A DNA stretch of 64,000 nt from positions 682,001 to 746,000 of the forward strand of contig NW_027193546.1 in the NCBI RefSeq assembly GCF_032444005.1, read 5' to 3'. Below the pieces are notes generated by a model. It ran no database searches and was not told the DNA's origin. It saw only the letters and a list, made by a program, of their open reading frames with translations. A program made the position numbers and the translations under genes. Below are positions 1 through 11,833 of this stretch, piece after piece. Source of the stretch: Ranitomeya imitator. Taxonomy: Eukaryota. How positions within the stretch are numbered: position 1 is the first letter of the stretch; each line of letters begins with the position of its first letter.

Positions 1-2097
1 TGGCTCTGATCATACAGCTCTGCGGGGTGGAGGTGATTTCTCTGATCATACAGCTCTGCGGGGTGGAGGTGGTGGCACTGATTATACAGCTCTGCGGGGA
101 GGAAGTGGTGGCTCTGATCATACAGCTCTGCGGGGGAGAAGGTGGTGGCACTGATCATACAGCTCTGCGGGGTGGAGGTGATTTCTCTGATCATACAGCT
201 CTGCAGGGAGGAGAAGGTGGTGGCACTGATGATACAGCTCTGCGGGGAGGAGGTGGTGGCACTGATCATACAGCTCTGCGGGGTGGAGGTGATTTCTCTG
301 ATCATACAGCTCTGCAGGGAGGAGTAGGTGGTGGCACTGATGATACAGCTCTGCGGGGAGGAGGTGGTGGCACTGATCATACAGCTCTGCGGGGAGGAGG
401 TGGTGGCTCTGATCATACAGCTCTGCGGGGAGGAGGTGGTGGCTCTGATCATGCAGCTCTGCGGGGAGGAGTTGGTGGCACTGATCATACAGCTGTGCGG
501 GGAGGAGGTGGTGGCACTGATCATACAGCTCTGCGGGGAGGAGGTGGTGGCTCTGATCATACAGCTCTGCGGGGAGGAGGTGGTGGTACTGATCATACAG
601 CTGTGCGGGGAGGAGGTGATTTCTCTGATCATACAGCTCTGCAGGGAAGAGGTGGTGGCTCTGATCATACAGCTCTGCGGGGAGGAGGAGGTGGCACTGA
701 TCATACAGCTCTGCGGGGAGGAGGTGGTGGCACTGATCATACAGCTCTGCGGGGAGGAGGTGGTGGCACTGATCATACAGCTCTGCGGGGAGGAGGTGGT
801 GGCACTGATCATACAGCTCTGCGGGGAGGAGGTGGTGGCACTGATCATACAGCTCTGCGGGGAGGAGGTGATTTCTCTGATCATACAGCTCTGCAGGGAG
901 GAGGTGGTGGTACTGATCATACAGCTCTGCGGGGAGGAGGTGGTGGCACTGATCATACAGCTCTGCGGGGAGGAGGTGGTGGCACTGATCATACAGCTCT
1001 GCGGGGAGGAGGAGGTGGCTCTGATCATACAGCTCTGCGGGGAGGAGGAGGTGGCACTGATCATACAGCTCTGCGGGGAGGAGGTGGTGGCACTGATCAT
1101 ACAGCTCTGCGGGGAGGAGGTGGTGGCACTGATCATACAGCTCTGCGGGGAGGAGGTGGTGGCACTGATTATACAGCTCTGCGGGGAGAGGGTGGTGGCT
1201 CTGATCATACAGCTCTGCGGGGAGGAGGTGGTGGCTCTGATCATACAGCTCTGCGGGGTGGAGGTGATTTCTCTGATCATACAGCTCTGCGGGGTGGAGG
1301 TGGTGGCACTGATTATACAGCTCTGCGGGGAGGAAGTGGTGGCTCTGATCATACAGCTCTGCGGGGGAGAAGGTGGTGGCACTGATCATACAGCTCTGCG
1401 GGGTGGAGGTGATTTCTCTGATCATACAGCTCTGCAGGGAGGAGGTGGTGGTACTGATCATACAGCTGTGCGGGGAGGAGGTGATTTCTCTGATCATACA
1501 GCTCTGCAGGGAGGAGGTGGTGGCACTGATCATACAGCTCTGCGGGGAGGAGGTGGTGGCACTGATCATACAGCTCTGCGGGGAGGAGGTGGTGGCACTG
1601 ATCATACAGCTCTGCGGGGAGGAGGTGGTGGCACTGATCATACAGCTCTGCGGGGAGGAGGTGATTTCTCTGATCATACAGCTCTGCAGGGAGGAGGTGG
1701 TGGCTCTGATCATACAGCTCTGCGGGGAGGAGGAGGTGGCACTGATCATACAGCTCTGCGGGGAGGAGATGGTGGCTCTGATCATACAGCTCTGCGGGGA
1801 GGAGGTGGTGGCTCTGATCATACAGCTCTGCGGGGAGGAGGAGGTGGCACTGATCATACAGCTCTGCGGGAAGGAGGTGGTGGCACTGATGATACAGCTC
1901 TGCGGGGAGGAAGTGGTGGCACTGATCATACAGCTCTGCGGGGAGGAGGTGGTGGCACTGATCATACAGCTCTGCGGGGAGGAGGTGGTGGCACTGATCA
2001 TACAGCTCTGCGGGGAGGAGGTGGTGGCACTGATCATACAGCTCTGCGGGGAGGAGGTGGTGGCACTGATCATACAGCTCTGCGGGGAGGAGGTGGT
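1..2097. repeat. 36-bp tandem satellite (H1 downstream-element derived), block 1, truncated by window start
   Basis: Monomer ACTGATCATACAGCTCTGCGGGGAGGAGGTGGTGGC repeated with variants; 12-aa periodicity in the ORF track; abuts the H1 stem-loop at 2098. Confidence 0.98.
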
Positions 2098-2113
2098 GGC
2101 TCTTATAAGAGCC
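2073..2113 (-). terminator. H1 histone stem-loop (2098-2113) and U7-binding histone downstream element (2073-2081)
   Basis: Minus strand reads AAAGGCTCT-TATA-AGAGCC-ACCAC, then AGAGCTGTA 16 nt after the stem; the stem starts 28 nt after the H1 stop. Confidence 0.93.
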
Positions 2114-2141
2114 TTTGTGGTAACAGAACAGGGGCTGCAGC

Positions 2142-2780
2142 TTATTTCTTAGCCGCGGGCTTCTTGGCTTTCGCAGCCTTCTTAGCCGGACTCTTGGCGG
2201 GTTTGGCCGCCTTCTTAGCCGGACTCTTCGTCACCTTCTTGGGCTTGGGAGCGGCTTTCGGCTTCTTGGGGCTCTTGGCCGCTTTCTTGGCCGCTGCGGG
2301 CTTCTTGGCCGTTTTCGGGCTCTTCTTGGCCGCAGTCGGAGCCTTCTTGGGCTTCTTCGGAGATTTGGCGGCTTTCTTGGCAGCAGCGGGTTTCTTAGGT
2401 TTGGCCGCAGCTGCTGGCTTCGTCTTGGCCACTTTGTCCTTCGTCTCCTGCTTCTTGTTCAGCTTGAAGGACCCGGAGGCGCCGCTGCCTTTCACCTGGA
2501 GGAGGGCGCCCTTGGTGACCAGAGCCTTGACGGCCAGCTTCAGGCGGCTGTTGTTCTTCTCTACATCGTATCCTCCAGCAGACAGAGCCTTCTTCAGGGC
2601 GGCCAGAGACACCCCGCTGCGCTCCTTGGAGGCGGACACGGCTTTCACGATCAGCTCGGAGACGCTGGGGCCGGAGGGTTTATTGCTCTTCTTGGCGGCA
2701 GATTTCTTCGGCTGCTTCTTGGATTTGGCGGCCGGTTCTGCGGGAGGGGGAGCGGCGGCTGGCGCGGTCTCTGCCATCAT
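2142..2780 (-). CDS. H1: Histone H1 (replication-dependent), copy 1
   Basis: [13 protein letters not shown]-tail, globular domain [30 protein letters not shown]...[18 protein letters not shown], Lys/Ala/Pro C-tail. Start is ATG 2780 or the better-context ATG 2777; the track start at 2828 is upstream of the real start. Confidence 0.98.
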   Translation of the reverse strand: MMAETAPAAAPPPAEPAAKSKKQPKKSAAKKSNKPSGPSVSELIVKAVSASKERSGVSLAALKKALSAGGYDVEKNNSRLKLAVKALVTKGALLQVKGSGASGSFKLNKKQETKDKVAKTKPAAAAKPKKPAAAKKAAKSPKKPKKAPTAAKKSPKTAKKPAAAKKAAKSPKKPKAAPKPKKVTKSPAKKAAKPAKSPAKKAAKAKKPAAKK

Positions 2781-2852
2781 ATGCTGCTGACGCAAAATGA
2801 AAATATTTCCTGATAGGAAGGAAAACACTGAGGCCGGAGCTGGAGGCGCCTG

Positions 2853-2988
2853 TTATATGTACAGGCTTACTGCGCACTGATTGGCTGCTGAGCAGCACCG
2901 TCCTGAGCTTCTATTGGCTGACACTGGACACAGGCCCCGCCCCCTCCCAGCTGAGTCCGAGTGAAGCTCCGCTCTCCCCTTGTGCTTC
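2853..2988 (-). promoter_or_regulatory. H1 promoter
   Basis: Minus strand: CATATAA (2859-2853), CCAAT at 2884-2880 and 2917-2913, GC box 2933-2945, AAGCACA (2987-2981) resembling the H1 box AAACACA. Confidence 0.7.
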
Positions 2989-3779
2989 CCTGCCCGGGAT
3001 AAAAGCCCTTTACCGGCTAACACCGGACAGCAGAGCGCGATTCCTCCGTCGCCTCCCCTTCTCCAACATCTCCACCGGCCATTTGTAGCCGTCACTAGCA
3101 GAGATGCCGGGAAAGAGCGGAGAGGAAATCCCGGGATCATCGCCGCCGTCCTCCCGATCTGCACATCACTGTGTATCCGGGGAGATAAATCTGCTGCGGG
3201 AGCTCGTTCCTCCTATTCCCGGCTCCTGTCACCATCACAGGGATCTTTACTCCTATGTCTATCGCACAGGAAGCTGATTGTACGATGTGGGGACGAGCTG
3301 GAGCTGCTGACAACCCAGAAGGGTAACACAGGCGACGGCCTCCGCTGACTGCCACCTCCCTGACCTGTGGTGTCACTGTACCCCGTATGTGCAGAGGATT
3401 GGGGGGACACGTGTTCCACACCAGTAGATGATCCACATCGGTGGCTGATTGCAATCACCTGCCTGATATCGTGTCTTACCCAGTGTGAAGCTGTGACCGC
3501 TGCGGCATGTCATGGTGCGAAGAGCTCTGATGAGGCGACAGCTGCACACTGCGACTCCCCAACCAAACACATAAACATCTCCGGGGAGAAAACTGAAATA
3601 TTAATGGATTTATGTGACCCCCACTATTGTGTAAAAGGGGAATATTGGGAGAAAAGCGGAGACACAAAATCCAGCGTCTACACAGAGAACACAGCTGTAC
3701 ATAGTATATATAGTGCACAACATCACATCTGCACAGCCCAGATCAGCAGTGTAATAAGTGTCACTGATACTAGAGGAGA

Positions 3780-3990
3780 GGGTACAGTATATACAGCAGA
3801 GTGTACAGTATATACAGCAGAGTACACAGTATATAGAGCAGAGTGTACAGTATATACAGCAGTGTGCACAGTATATAGAGCCAGTGTGTACAGTACATAC
3901 AGCAGTGTGTACAGTATATAGAGCAGTGTGTAAAGTATATACAGCAGTGTGTACAATTTATAGACCAGAGTGTACAGTATATAGAGCAGT
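3780..3990. repeat. Short degenerate minisatellite (GTGTACAGTATATA(C/G)AGCA-like, ~21-23 bp); also at ~43540-43750 and ~57415-57625
   Basis: About 9 imperfect tandem units are visible. Confidence 0.85.
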
Positions 3991-4367
3991 CTCCCCTCTC
4001 TTCTTCTTTCTCTCTCTCTCCCTCTTTCTTAATCTCTATTTCTCTCTCCTCTCTTTCATTATTTCCTTCTCTCATTTCTCTCTTCGCTCTCCTCTCTTTC
4101 TCTCTTCTTTTTTCTCTAAATCTTTCTCTCACTCTTACTCTTTCTTCCTTTCTATTTCTCTCTCTCCCTCTCTTTCCCTTGCTTTCTCTTTTTCTTACTT
4201 TATATCTATCTCTCTCCTTCTCTCTTTCTTTATCTCTCTTCTCTCTACTTCTCTATCTCTCTCTTTATGTCTTTTTGTCTCTCTCTCTCTCTTTCTCCCT
4301 TTCTTTCTCTCTATCTCCTTCTTTCTCATTCTCTCTCTTTCACTTTATCTCTCTCTTTCTCTCTCTC
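3991..4367. repeat. CT-rich polypyrimidine low-complexity tract (second copy ~5550-5867; also in units 2 and 3)
   Basis: Almost pure C/T, ending in CTCTCAG like a splice acceptor. Confidence 0.9.
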
Positions 4368-4369
4368 AG

Positions 4370-4661
4370 GGAGAGATTATCAATCCTTCATGTCAGCAGT
4401 GCACCTCTCCAAAATGAGGCAGATGTACTAGATTTTCTAGGCACCGCCATCTGCACGTGGGGTGCTGCTGTAATCCCTGTCATCATCCTCGTTTTTCCTC
4501 TCCACGTTTCCATATCCAGCCAAGTGATCGCTGGGCCCAGTATTCTCATCAGCATTGCCGATACTTCGAGCTGTAGCAAAGGAGAAGGCACAAGTGATGA
4601 TAACCCGCCTCTATGTGCCCTCAAGTGTCTCCGCTGTGGTGCGGGATGATATGCTATGGAA
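4370..4661 (+). pseudogene. Possible decayed upstream BRAT1 exon or other exon-like segment (also ~5870-6161)
   Basis: Follows polypyrimidine-CAG and ends at AAG|GTTAAT. Translation FMSAVHLSKMRQMY*IFQAPPSVRA only weakly recalls human BRAT1 [27 protein letters not shown]. Confidence 0.3.
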
Positions 4662-4694
4662 GGTTAATAATCAATAATTGTGTCCATCCTACAG

Positions 4695-5371
4695 GCTCTG
4701 GTGCCCCATGGAATGAAAGGTTTCCCCAGGAGGGCGGTGGTAAAGATGTTTAATGACTTGCTAAGGAATGGTCGCATGCAAAAACTCCAAGACTCGGACA
4801 CCGTGCTGTCCCAGATTTTGGAGATGACGTGCAGTGACTTGGATTGGGAGGTGAAGGTGAACGCAGTGGACCTGGCACATTCCTATATGTCCCAAACATT
4901 GGAGATGGGACCGTCCCTAACGTGCCCTTACACTATAGGGCTGCCATCTAGCAGAAGCTCAGGTTCCATCTCCGACGCTCTGGTTACATGTGAATGAGTC
5001 GGGCTTTTTCCGGCCTTATTGACTTGTCTGTGTGACTGTGACCGGCCAGTGGCATTAAAGTTTTGTGAAATCCTTCTTGCTGTGAAGCCCAAACTGTGTA
5101 ATGGGGACACTGATCCCTCCGAACAGCATGGAAGAGACTGGCTGGAGCACACGATAAAAGAGAAGCAAATGGCAGGCGGGGACGGTGCTGGGGCCGGCAG
5201 GGTCGCCCACCAGATTGGGCCACTGGTGTCATACAGAAGATGGATTTGGATAACATAAAATGTCCCCTTCCGAAAAACAGCGATCATGTACACGAAACTC
5301 CCCGGTCACTGCTGCAGGACGTCAAAGCAACCTTATGGGGGGAAGAAATGCACGATGCAGATTGCTACTGA
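4695..5371 (+). pseudogene. BRAT1: BRAT1 terminal exon fragment, copy A (in-frame TGA plus 1-bp deletion)
   Basis: GFPRRAVVKMF, DLDWEVKVNAVDLA, CPYTIGLP, LCDCDRPVA and C-terminal DADCY* match recalled BRAT1 motifs (GFPRRAV, DLDWEV, FDCDRPVA, DEADCY); acceptor CCTACAG| upstream. Confidence 0.85.
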
Positions 5372-6194
5372 TGCGGAAGTTTATGGTACTTTTCTGCTGC
5401 AGATTTCACTGCGGAAATGCCTTTTGTGCTGTAATTTGTAGTGGATCCAACCTGTGTTTTTCTTTTTTTACTACAGTGCCCTACTGGGACCCAGAAGCCC
5501 TTCTGGCCATCCAACTGCTACTCAGGCGCCAATTTCTAAGAAAGATTTATCTCCTCTCTTTCTTTCTCTTTTCTTTCTCTAAATCTTTCTCTCACTCTTA
5601 CCCTTTTCCCCTTTCTATTTCTCTCTCACCCTCTCTTTCTCTTGCTTTCTCTTTCTCTTTTTTCTCACTTTATCTCTATCTTTCTCTCTCCTTGTCTCTT
5701 TCTTCATCTCTATTTCTTCTCTCTCTACTTATCTCCCTCTTTATTTCTCTTTGTCTTTATCTCTCTTTCTTTCTCCTTTGCTTTCTCTCTCTCTCTCCTT
5801 CTTTCTCATTCTCTCTCGTTCACTCTCTCTCTCTTTGTCTTTATCTCTCTCTCTCCTTCTCTCTCCCAGGGAGAGATGATCAATCCTTCATGTCAGCAGT
5901 GCACCTCTCCAAAATGAGGCAGATGTACTAGATTTTCCAGGCACCGCCATCTGTACGTGCGGTGCTGCTGTAATCCCTGTCATCATCCTCGTTTTTCGTC
6001 TCCACGTTTCCATATCCAGCCAAGTGATCGCTGGGCCCAGTATTCTCATCAGCATTGCCGATACTTCGAGCTATAGCTAAGGAGAAGGCACAAGTGATGA
6101 TAACCCGCCTCTATGTGCCCTCAAGTGTCTCCGCTGTGGTGCGGGATGATGTGCTATGGAAGGTTAATAATCAATAATTGTGTCCTTCCTACAG

Positions 6195-6872
6195 GCTCTG
6201 GTGCTCCATGTAATGAAAGGTTTCCCCAGGAGGGCGGTGGTAAAGATGTTTACTAACTTGCTAAGGAATGGTCGCATGCAAAAACTCCAAGACTCGGACA
6301 CCGTGCTGTCCCAGATTTTGGAGATGACGTGCAATGACTTGGATTGGGAGGTGAAGGTGAACGCATTGGACCTGGCACATTCCTATATGTCCCACACATT
6401 GGAGATGGGACCGTCCCTAACGTGCCCTTACACTATAGGGCTGCCATCTAGCAGAAGCTCAGGTTCCATCTCCGACGCTCTGGTTACATGTGAATGAGTC
6501 GGGCTTTTTCCGGCCTTATTGACTTGTCTGTGTGACTGTGACCGGTCAGTGGCATCAAAGGCGTGTGAAATCCTTCTCGCTGTGAAGCACAAACTGTGCA
6601 ATGGGGACACTGATCCCTCCGAAGAGTATGGAAGAGACTGGCTGGAGCACACGATAAAAGAGAAGCAAATGGCAGGCGGGGACGGTGCTGGGGACCGGCA
6701 GGGTCGCCCACCAGAATGGGCCACTGGGGTCATAAAGAAGATGGATTTGGATAACATAAAATGTTCCCTGCCGAAATACAGCGATTATGTACACGAGACT
6801 CCCCTGTCACTGCTGCAGGACGTCAAAGCCACCTTATGGGGGGAAGAAATGCACGATGCAGATTGCTACTGA
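6195..6872 (+). pseudogene. BRAT1: BRAT1 terminal exon fragment, copy B (single in-frame TGA at 6495-6497)
   Basis: 1.5-kb tandem duplicate of copy A; ORFs 6180-6497 and 6519-6872 are in the same frame and end ...SLLQDVKATLWGEEMHDADCY*. Confidence 0.87.
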
Positions 6873-7512
6873 TGCGGAAGTTTAAGGGACTTTTCTGCTG
6901 CAGATCTCATTGCGGAAATGCCTTTTGTGCTGTGATTTGTAGTGGATCCAACCTGTTTTTTTCCTACAGTGTCCTACTGGGACCCAGAAGCCCTCCTGGC
7001 CATCCGACAGCTACTCAGGCCCCAATTTCGAAGAAGCACGTCCTGGTTATAAGAAAGCAAATGCCTTTGGCACTATAGAGGGTGATGTAGTAGGGATTAT
7101 TTTTCTATTTTGGTTTGCTTCCAGTACAGTTTTCACATTAAATCAGAACAATTAAAGAAAACAAACAAAAAAAAAAAACACGGCACATTAACGTAATTTT
7201 GAATTAAAGCATAACATTTTATATAAACAATGCATAAAAATGTGTCTTTCTGGGTTGTGATTGGTACATGAGGTAATGGCATAAATTAACATTCAATCAC
7301 CTGATGATGATATGATGAAAAATCTCTCCTAATTTCACTTGCTGCTTTCAACCGTGTATTGGGATTAACTGTGGGGGCATCATACATTGTGGAGAGTATG
7401 ATCCACTCTGATCTGGCATGGTCATGACAATAGTCGGGATACCTGCCGCTACAGGGAAGGAAATTGTATATAATAAAGAAGCTGGAAAAATAATTGCAGA
7501 AACTGTACAATG

Positions 7513-7652
7513 GGCGGGAAATTCAAACTTCCCAACAGTTCTGTGTTCAGCCAATCAGCAGAGGAAGGGAGGAGCTAATGATTCTGTAAGCCCCGCCCCG
7601 GATAGCGTCATCTCTCCAGTTCTCTCTCTGGTCCATTCTTCCTCCATATAAA
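7513..7652 (+). promoter_or_regulatory. H4 promoter (E2F-like, CHR-like, MYB-like, CCAAT, GC box, TATA)
   Basis: GCGGGAAATTCAAA 7514-7527, CAACAG 7533-7538, CCAAT 7551-7555, CCCCGCCCC 7591-7599, TATAAA 7647-7652. Confidence 0.75.
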
Positions 7653-7694
7653 GGAGCAGTCCCTGAGGCTCAGGAATCAGTTTTTGCTCATTGA

Positions 7695-8015
<321 letters not shown>

Positions 8016-8045
8016 TTGTGTTCTCTTCTGTCCTCACAACCCAAA

Positions 8046-8061
8046 GGCTCTTTTCAGAGCC
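8046..8061 (+). terminator. H4 histone stem-loop
   Basis: AAA GGCTCT TTTC AGAGCC ACCCA, canonical. Confidence 0.97.
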
Positions 8062-8842
8062 ACCCACATCTTCTAAGTGAGGGCTGCACCTGACTGCTAG
8101 GATCTGATTTCTCTGCTTTGGTGATGTCGCTGTAATGTTAGAACACTCATCGGTGCCAACGTTACGCTCCGAATACTGAATAGTCCCAAGGATATCCTGA
8201 CGTGGAAAGATTAAACGGCTTACCCGAAGCAGATCCCTCTACAGCTCTAATCAGGGGGGTGTTCAGGGCGGTTTCCAAATGTAGGTTAATATTCTGTCTA
8301 GACATTTAATATCCTGTTCTTATTGGGCGCTGATTAGTAGATTTATGGGGGATATATATCCGCACTGGGCCGCAGTGATAATTTCCTGATCAGATCCGTG
8401 TACAGGGAATGTGGCTGTAGGAGGCAGCTGGATAGATGGACGCCCTGTGTGTCATCACATAGGGTACGGCGACTCCTATATGATGACCACGTCCTGGACA
8501 CTAATGTTTCGGGTGGATGGCGCCTCTGAAGACTATTATAACCTCCTCAGAATAATGATGGGCTGTTTGAGGTCTGATAGCCACGGCTGCGCGTTTTGAG
8601 GTCCTGTCATGTATTTATATATATCCGGTGTGTGCAGTGTATGGGGGGACACAGGTGTTGGTTCTGTTCCCTACAGCTCCTGTCCTGTATATGTATATAC
8701 AAAGCGTATACATTGTGTGCAGTGTATGGGGGACACAGCGCTGCCGGGGCCTGGGGTGAAGGTGCCGCATCTGTGGATACTCTGGTAAAGAAAAGATCAG
8801 CTGGAAAACGGCACGTAAGGAGTTAAACGGGAGAGGAAAGAC

Positions 8843-9319
8843 GGGCAACAAAATTAATAAAGGGGATGGGAGAACTACAATACCCAGATAGATTAGCGAA
8901 ATTAGGATTATTTAGTCTAGAAAAAAGACGACTGAGGGGCGATCTAATAACCATGTATAAGTATATAAGGGGACAATACAAATATCTCGCTGAGGATCTG
9001 TTTATACCAAGGAAGGTGACGGGCACAAGGGGGCATTCTTTGCGTCTGGAGGAGAGAAGGTTTTTCCACCAACATAGAAGAGGATTCTTTACTGTTAGGG
9101 CAGTGAGAATCTGGAATTGCTTGCCTGAGGAGGTGGTGATGGCGAACTCAGTCGAGGGGTTCAAGAGAGGCCTGGATGTCTTCCTGGAGCAGAACAATAT
9201 TGTATCATACAATTAGGTTCTGTAGAGGGACGTAGATCTGGGGATTTGTTGTGATGGAGTGTGGGCTGAACTGGATGGACAGATGTCTTTTTTCGGCCTT
9301 ACTAACTATGTTACTATGT
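8843..9319 (+). mobile_element. CR1-clade LINE, 3' fragment (~480 bp)
   Basis: Near-identical to the reverse complement of 33548-34029; ends in the ACTAACTATGTTACTATGT tail. Confidence 0.93.
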
Positions 9320-9712
9320 ACATCACTGAAGGCTGAGCGTTACCAAGGTTTCTCGCTCATTGTCTGATCACAGAATCCGTTGGGGAATTTGAATTCCCCG
9401 CTCATAATCTCCGGAGGATTGTTACAGGTCACTGATAGCGACAACCATCCCCCACCCCCTTACTGCGGGACCTGCTAACTACATGTAGACCTCACCGCGG
9501 AGTATCAGACACTAAGGAGGGGACATTTCCTGCGAGCTTGGCAGACGACACTCCACCTGAGGGTCTGAGACTTCATGTGGGATTGACCCATTCATCTCCT
9601 GTTATTCTGTGGATATGTGCACCAACAATGGCGGCAATGGTGTATGAACTATCAGCCTCATGCGAGGACCCCCGAGATAGGCGGCGCCGGCTCTTGTGGT
9701 GACGGTGTGGGT

Positions 9713-9728
9713 GGCTCTTAGAAGAGCC
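9713..9728 (-). terminator. H2A histone stem-loop
   Basis: Minus strand CCAAA GGCTCT TCTA AGAGCC ACCCA, with AAGAGCC 17 nt downstream. Confidence 0.95.
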
Positions 9729-9757
9729 TTTGGTTTTGTAGAGATTGGCGGCAGCGC

Positions 9758-10150
9758 TCACTTGCTCTTGCTCGCCTTGCTGCTCTCGGTCTTCTTGGGC
9801 AGCAGCACGGCCTGGATGTTGGGCAGGACGCCCCCCTGGGCAATGGTCACCCCACCCAGCAGCCTGTTCAGCTCCTCGTCATTGCGCACCGCCAGCTGCA
9901 GGTGACGGGGGATGATGCGGGTCTTCTTGTTGTCCCGGGCAGCATTGCCGGCCAATTCCAGGATCTCAGCGGTCAGATACTCCAGCACAGCGGCCAGATA
10001 GACCGGAGCGCCGGCGCCGACTCTCTCAGCGTAGTTGCCCTTGCGGAGAAGCCTGTGCACACGGCCGACTGGGAACTGCAGTCCTGCCCGGGATGAGCGG
10101 GTCTTGGCCTTAGCACGGACCTTTCCTCCTTGTTTGCCGCGTCCAGACAT
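9758..10150 (-). CDS. H2A: Histone H2A (replication-dependent)
   Basis: 130 aa, MSGRGKQGG...AGLQFPVGR...[15 protein letters not shown]; TATA CTATATAAG near 10205-10213. Confidence 0.99.
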   Translation of the reverse strand: MSGRGKQGGKVRAKAKTRSSRAGLQFPVGRVHRLLRKGNYAERVGAGAPVYLAAVLEYLTAEILELAGNAARDNKKTRIIPRHLQLAVRNDEELNRLLGGVTIAQGGVLPNIQAVLLPKKTESSKASKSK

Positions 10151-10940
10151 GATGCCGATAACTAATGACGGAAAATCGTGTAGAGAAGAGTCTGTGCTGT
10201 GTCGCCTTATATAGTCCGTTGCTCCGCCCTCCTCTCCTGTCGTTGGACGGATCTGAAGATGAAAATGGAGAAGAGTATTGGAGATCCACCAATGAGCTAC
10301 AGAGGGCAGAGCTTATTATTGCTCCTTGCTCAAATGAGTTTCTCACCCAATAGAAAACGTTCGCTTTGGACAGAATAGATAAGGGGTGAAAACAGATATC
10401 TGTCCTGGAGCAGAAGGAAATGCAGAAATATTCTGTTGACTTGTTGTTTGCACTTGTTGGACTTGTGTCTTCTATCAGCCATATATTGCACTGACAGTCT
10501 GGCGGGTGAGGGGTTAATTCCTGTCAGGAGGAGGCTCCTCACTCACCCGCTTATTATCCTGTGCAGATCCCCTGTGGTGTCCGCGCTTATACTATCACAG
10601 CCTGACTGAGACAAGTCTCCTATGTTCTGCCCGGAGCCTGATGTGACGCTGCCGGGTCTCGGGTGGGGGAAGTCGCCGCTTCTGTAAAGCGAGTGTGTAG
10701 TGGGGGTCAGCACACACGGACACTGAGGAGTTAAATGGAGGCGGATATTCCTGTATCTGGGATTGGTCGGCGCCTGCGGATGTCTCTCGCTCATTGGCTG
10801 ATTACAGATCCGTTGCTGGTTTTGAATTCCCCGCTCAGTTTCTGCTCTTTGTCCGTCGGGTTTATTACCGGCCCCTCTGCTGGAGCGGCGATCGCTGAAA
10901 ATACCGGGTCCTGTCATCCCAGCTGTCTGCCCCCAAACAC

Positions 10941-11833
10941 CTCCGTGTCCTTGACCTGAGTGCACACCATTATCCTTGTTCATGTGATTTTTTGCTTGGT
11001 GTAGCACCGGTTTACCAGATGACGTCTGACATCTTCGCATACGACGACGCAACCAGTTCCAGCATCTTATCGCAAGTTTCAAACTCAAGTGAATTCTTGA
11101 AAACCCCTCCCCATGAGTTGAGGACGAGGGACTACGAGAAGGAGCGACGAAAATTAATCTCATATGATTTACACTGCATAACTTTGGCAGAACATCATAA
11201 ACAGGGCAAGATCCCGAGAGGTCTTAGGTGCAACCTGCGCCCAACACTTTTTTCTGAAGATCCCGATTACTGTGACAAATACAAGAGAATACTAAATAAA
11301 TGTTCTTTAGACATCATTATTCTGACCATTGAATTTCTACAAAAGGCTATTACGGAAACAAAGGACAGTATTAGAGCAATTGAAACACAACTATCTTCTA
11401 CATTGGCATCCACAGACTCTTACTTTTCGCTGCTCCGGACAGTATTCCCTTCATCGCCTCTGGTTGCCTTGTAAATATTGTACATATTATATTTTATATT
11501 TTGGTGTATGTTTATTATTTTGTCTTTTTTGTTCTTATTCGTTTTCTATTACATATAATGTTATGTCACATACAGTTACTTATACTGTTTATTTGCTTTC
11601 CTAGTAACCCCATGAATAAGACCCGGGAGGGTCGAAACGTCGGGTTTCTATCTACGAATTATCACAGTGGCAATTGTTGACTTGTTTTCGTGAATAAATC
11701 TGGCATATACCTTTTGCATCATACCAGTTTCGAGTGTGCGGTATTTTTTCTTCTACTATTAACTTGACCACACGGTCTGTTTTACCAGCACCTCCGTGTC
11801 CTTGACCTGAGTGCACACCATTATCCTTGTTCA
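10941..11833 (+). mobile_element. Internally deleted Penelope-like retroelement
   Basis: 13-bp target duplication TGCCCCCAAACAC (10928-10940 and 11834-11846); 44-bp terminal direct repeats; ORF N-terminus with LH...KIPRGLR...ILNKCS motif; degenerate hammerhead-like GACCC-GGGA-GGGTC-GAAAC near 11620-11640; AATAAA; paralogous empty site at 16282-16294. Confidence 0.65.

Noticed and set aside
1-2097. 36-bp periodic repeat as a CRISPR array
   Set aside because: Monomers are contiguous with no unique spacers, there are no cas genes, and the context is vertebrate.
2074-2790. Antisense Ala/Phe/Leu-rich ORFs over H1 and other antisense ORFs over histones and CR1
   Set aside because: Shadow frames of biased coding sequence.
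3723-4417. Hydrophobic (SLSL/FLSL) and YTAV/YILY ORFs
   Set aside because: Translations of the CT tract and the short minisatellite.
4995-4997. Shared in-frame TGA in all BRAT1 copies as selenocysteine or programmed readthrough
   Set aside because: No SECIS evidence; the position is not Cys-like in recalled BRAT1; sharing is explained by descent from one duplicated copy.
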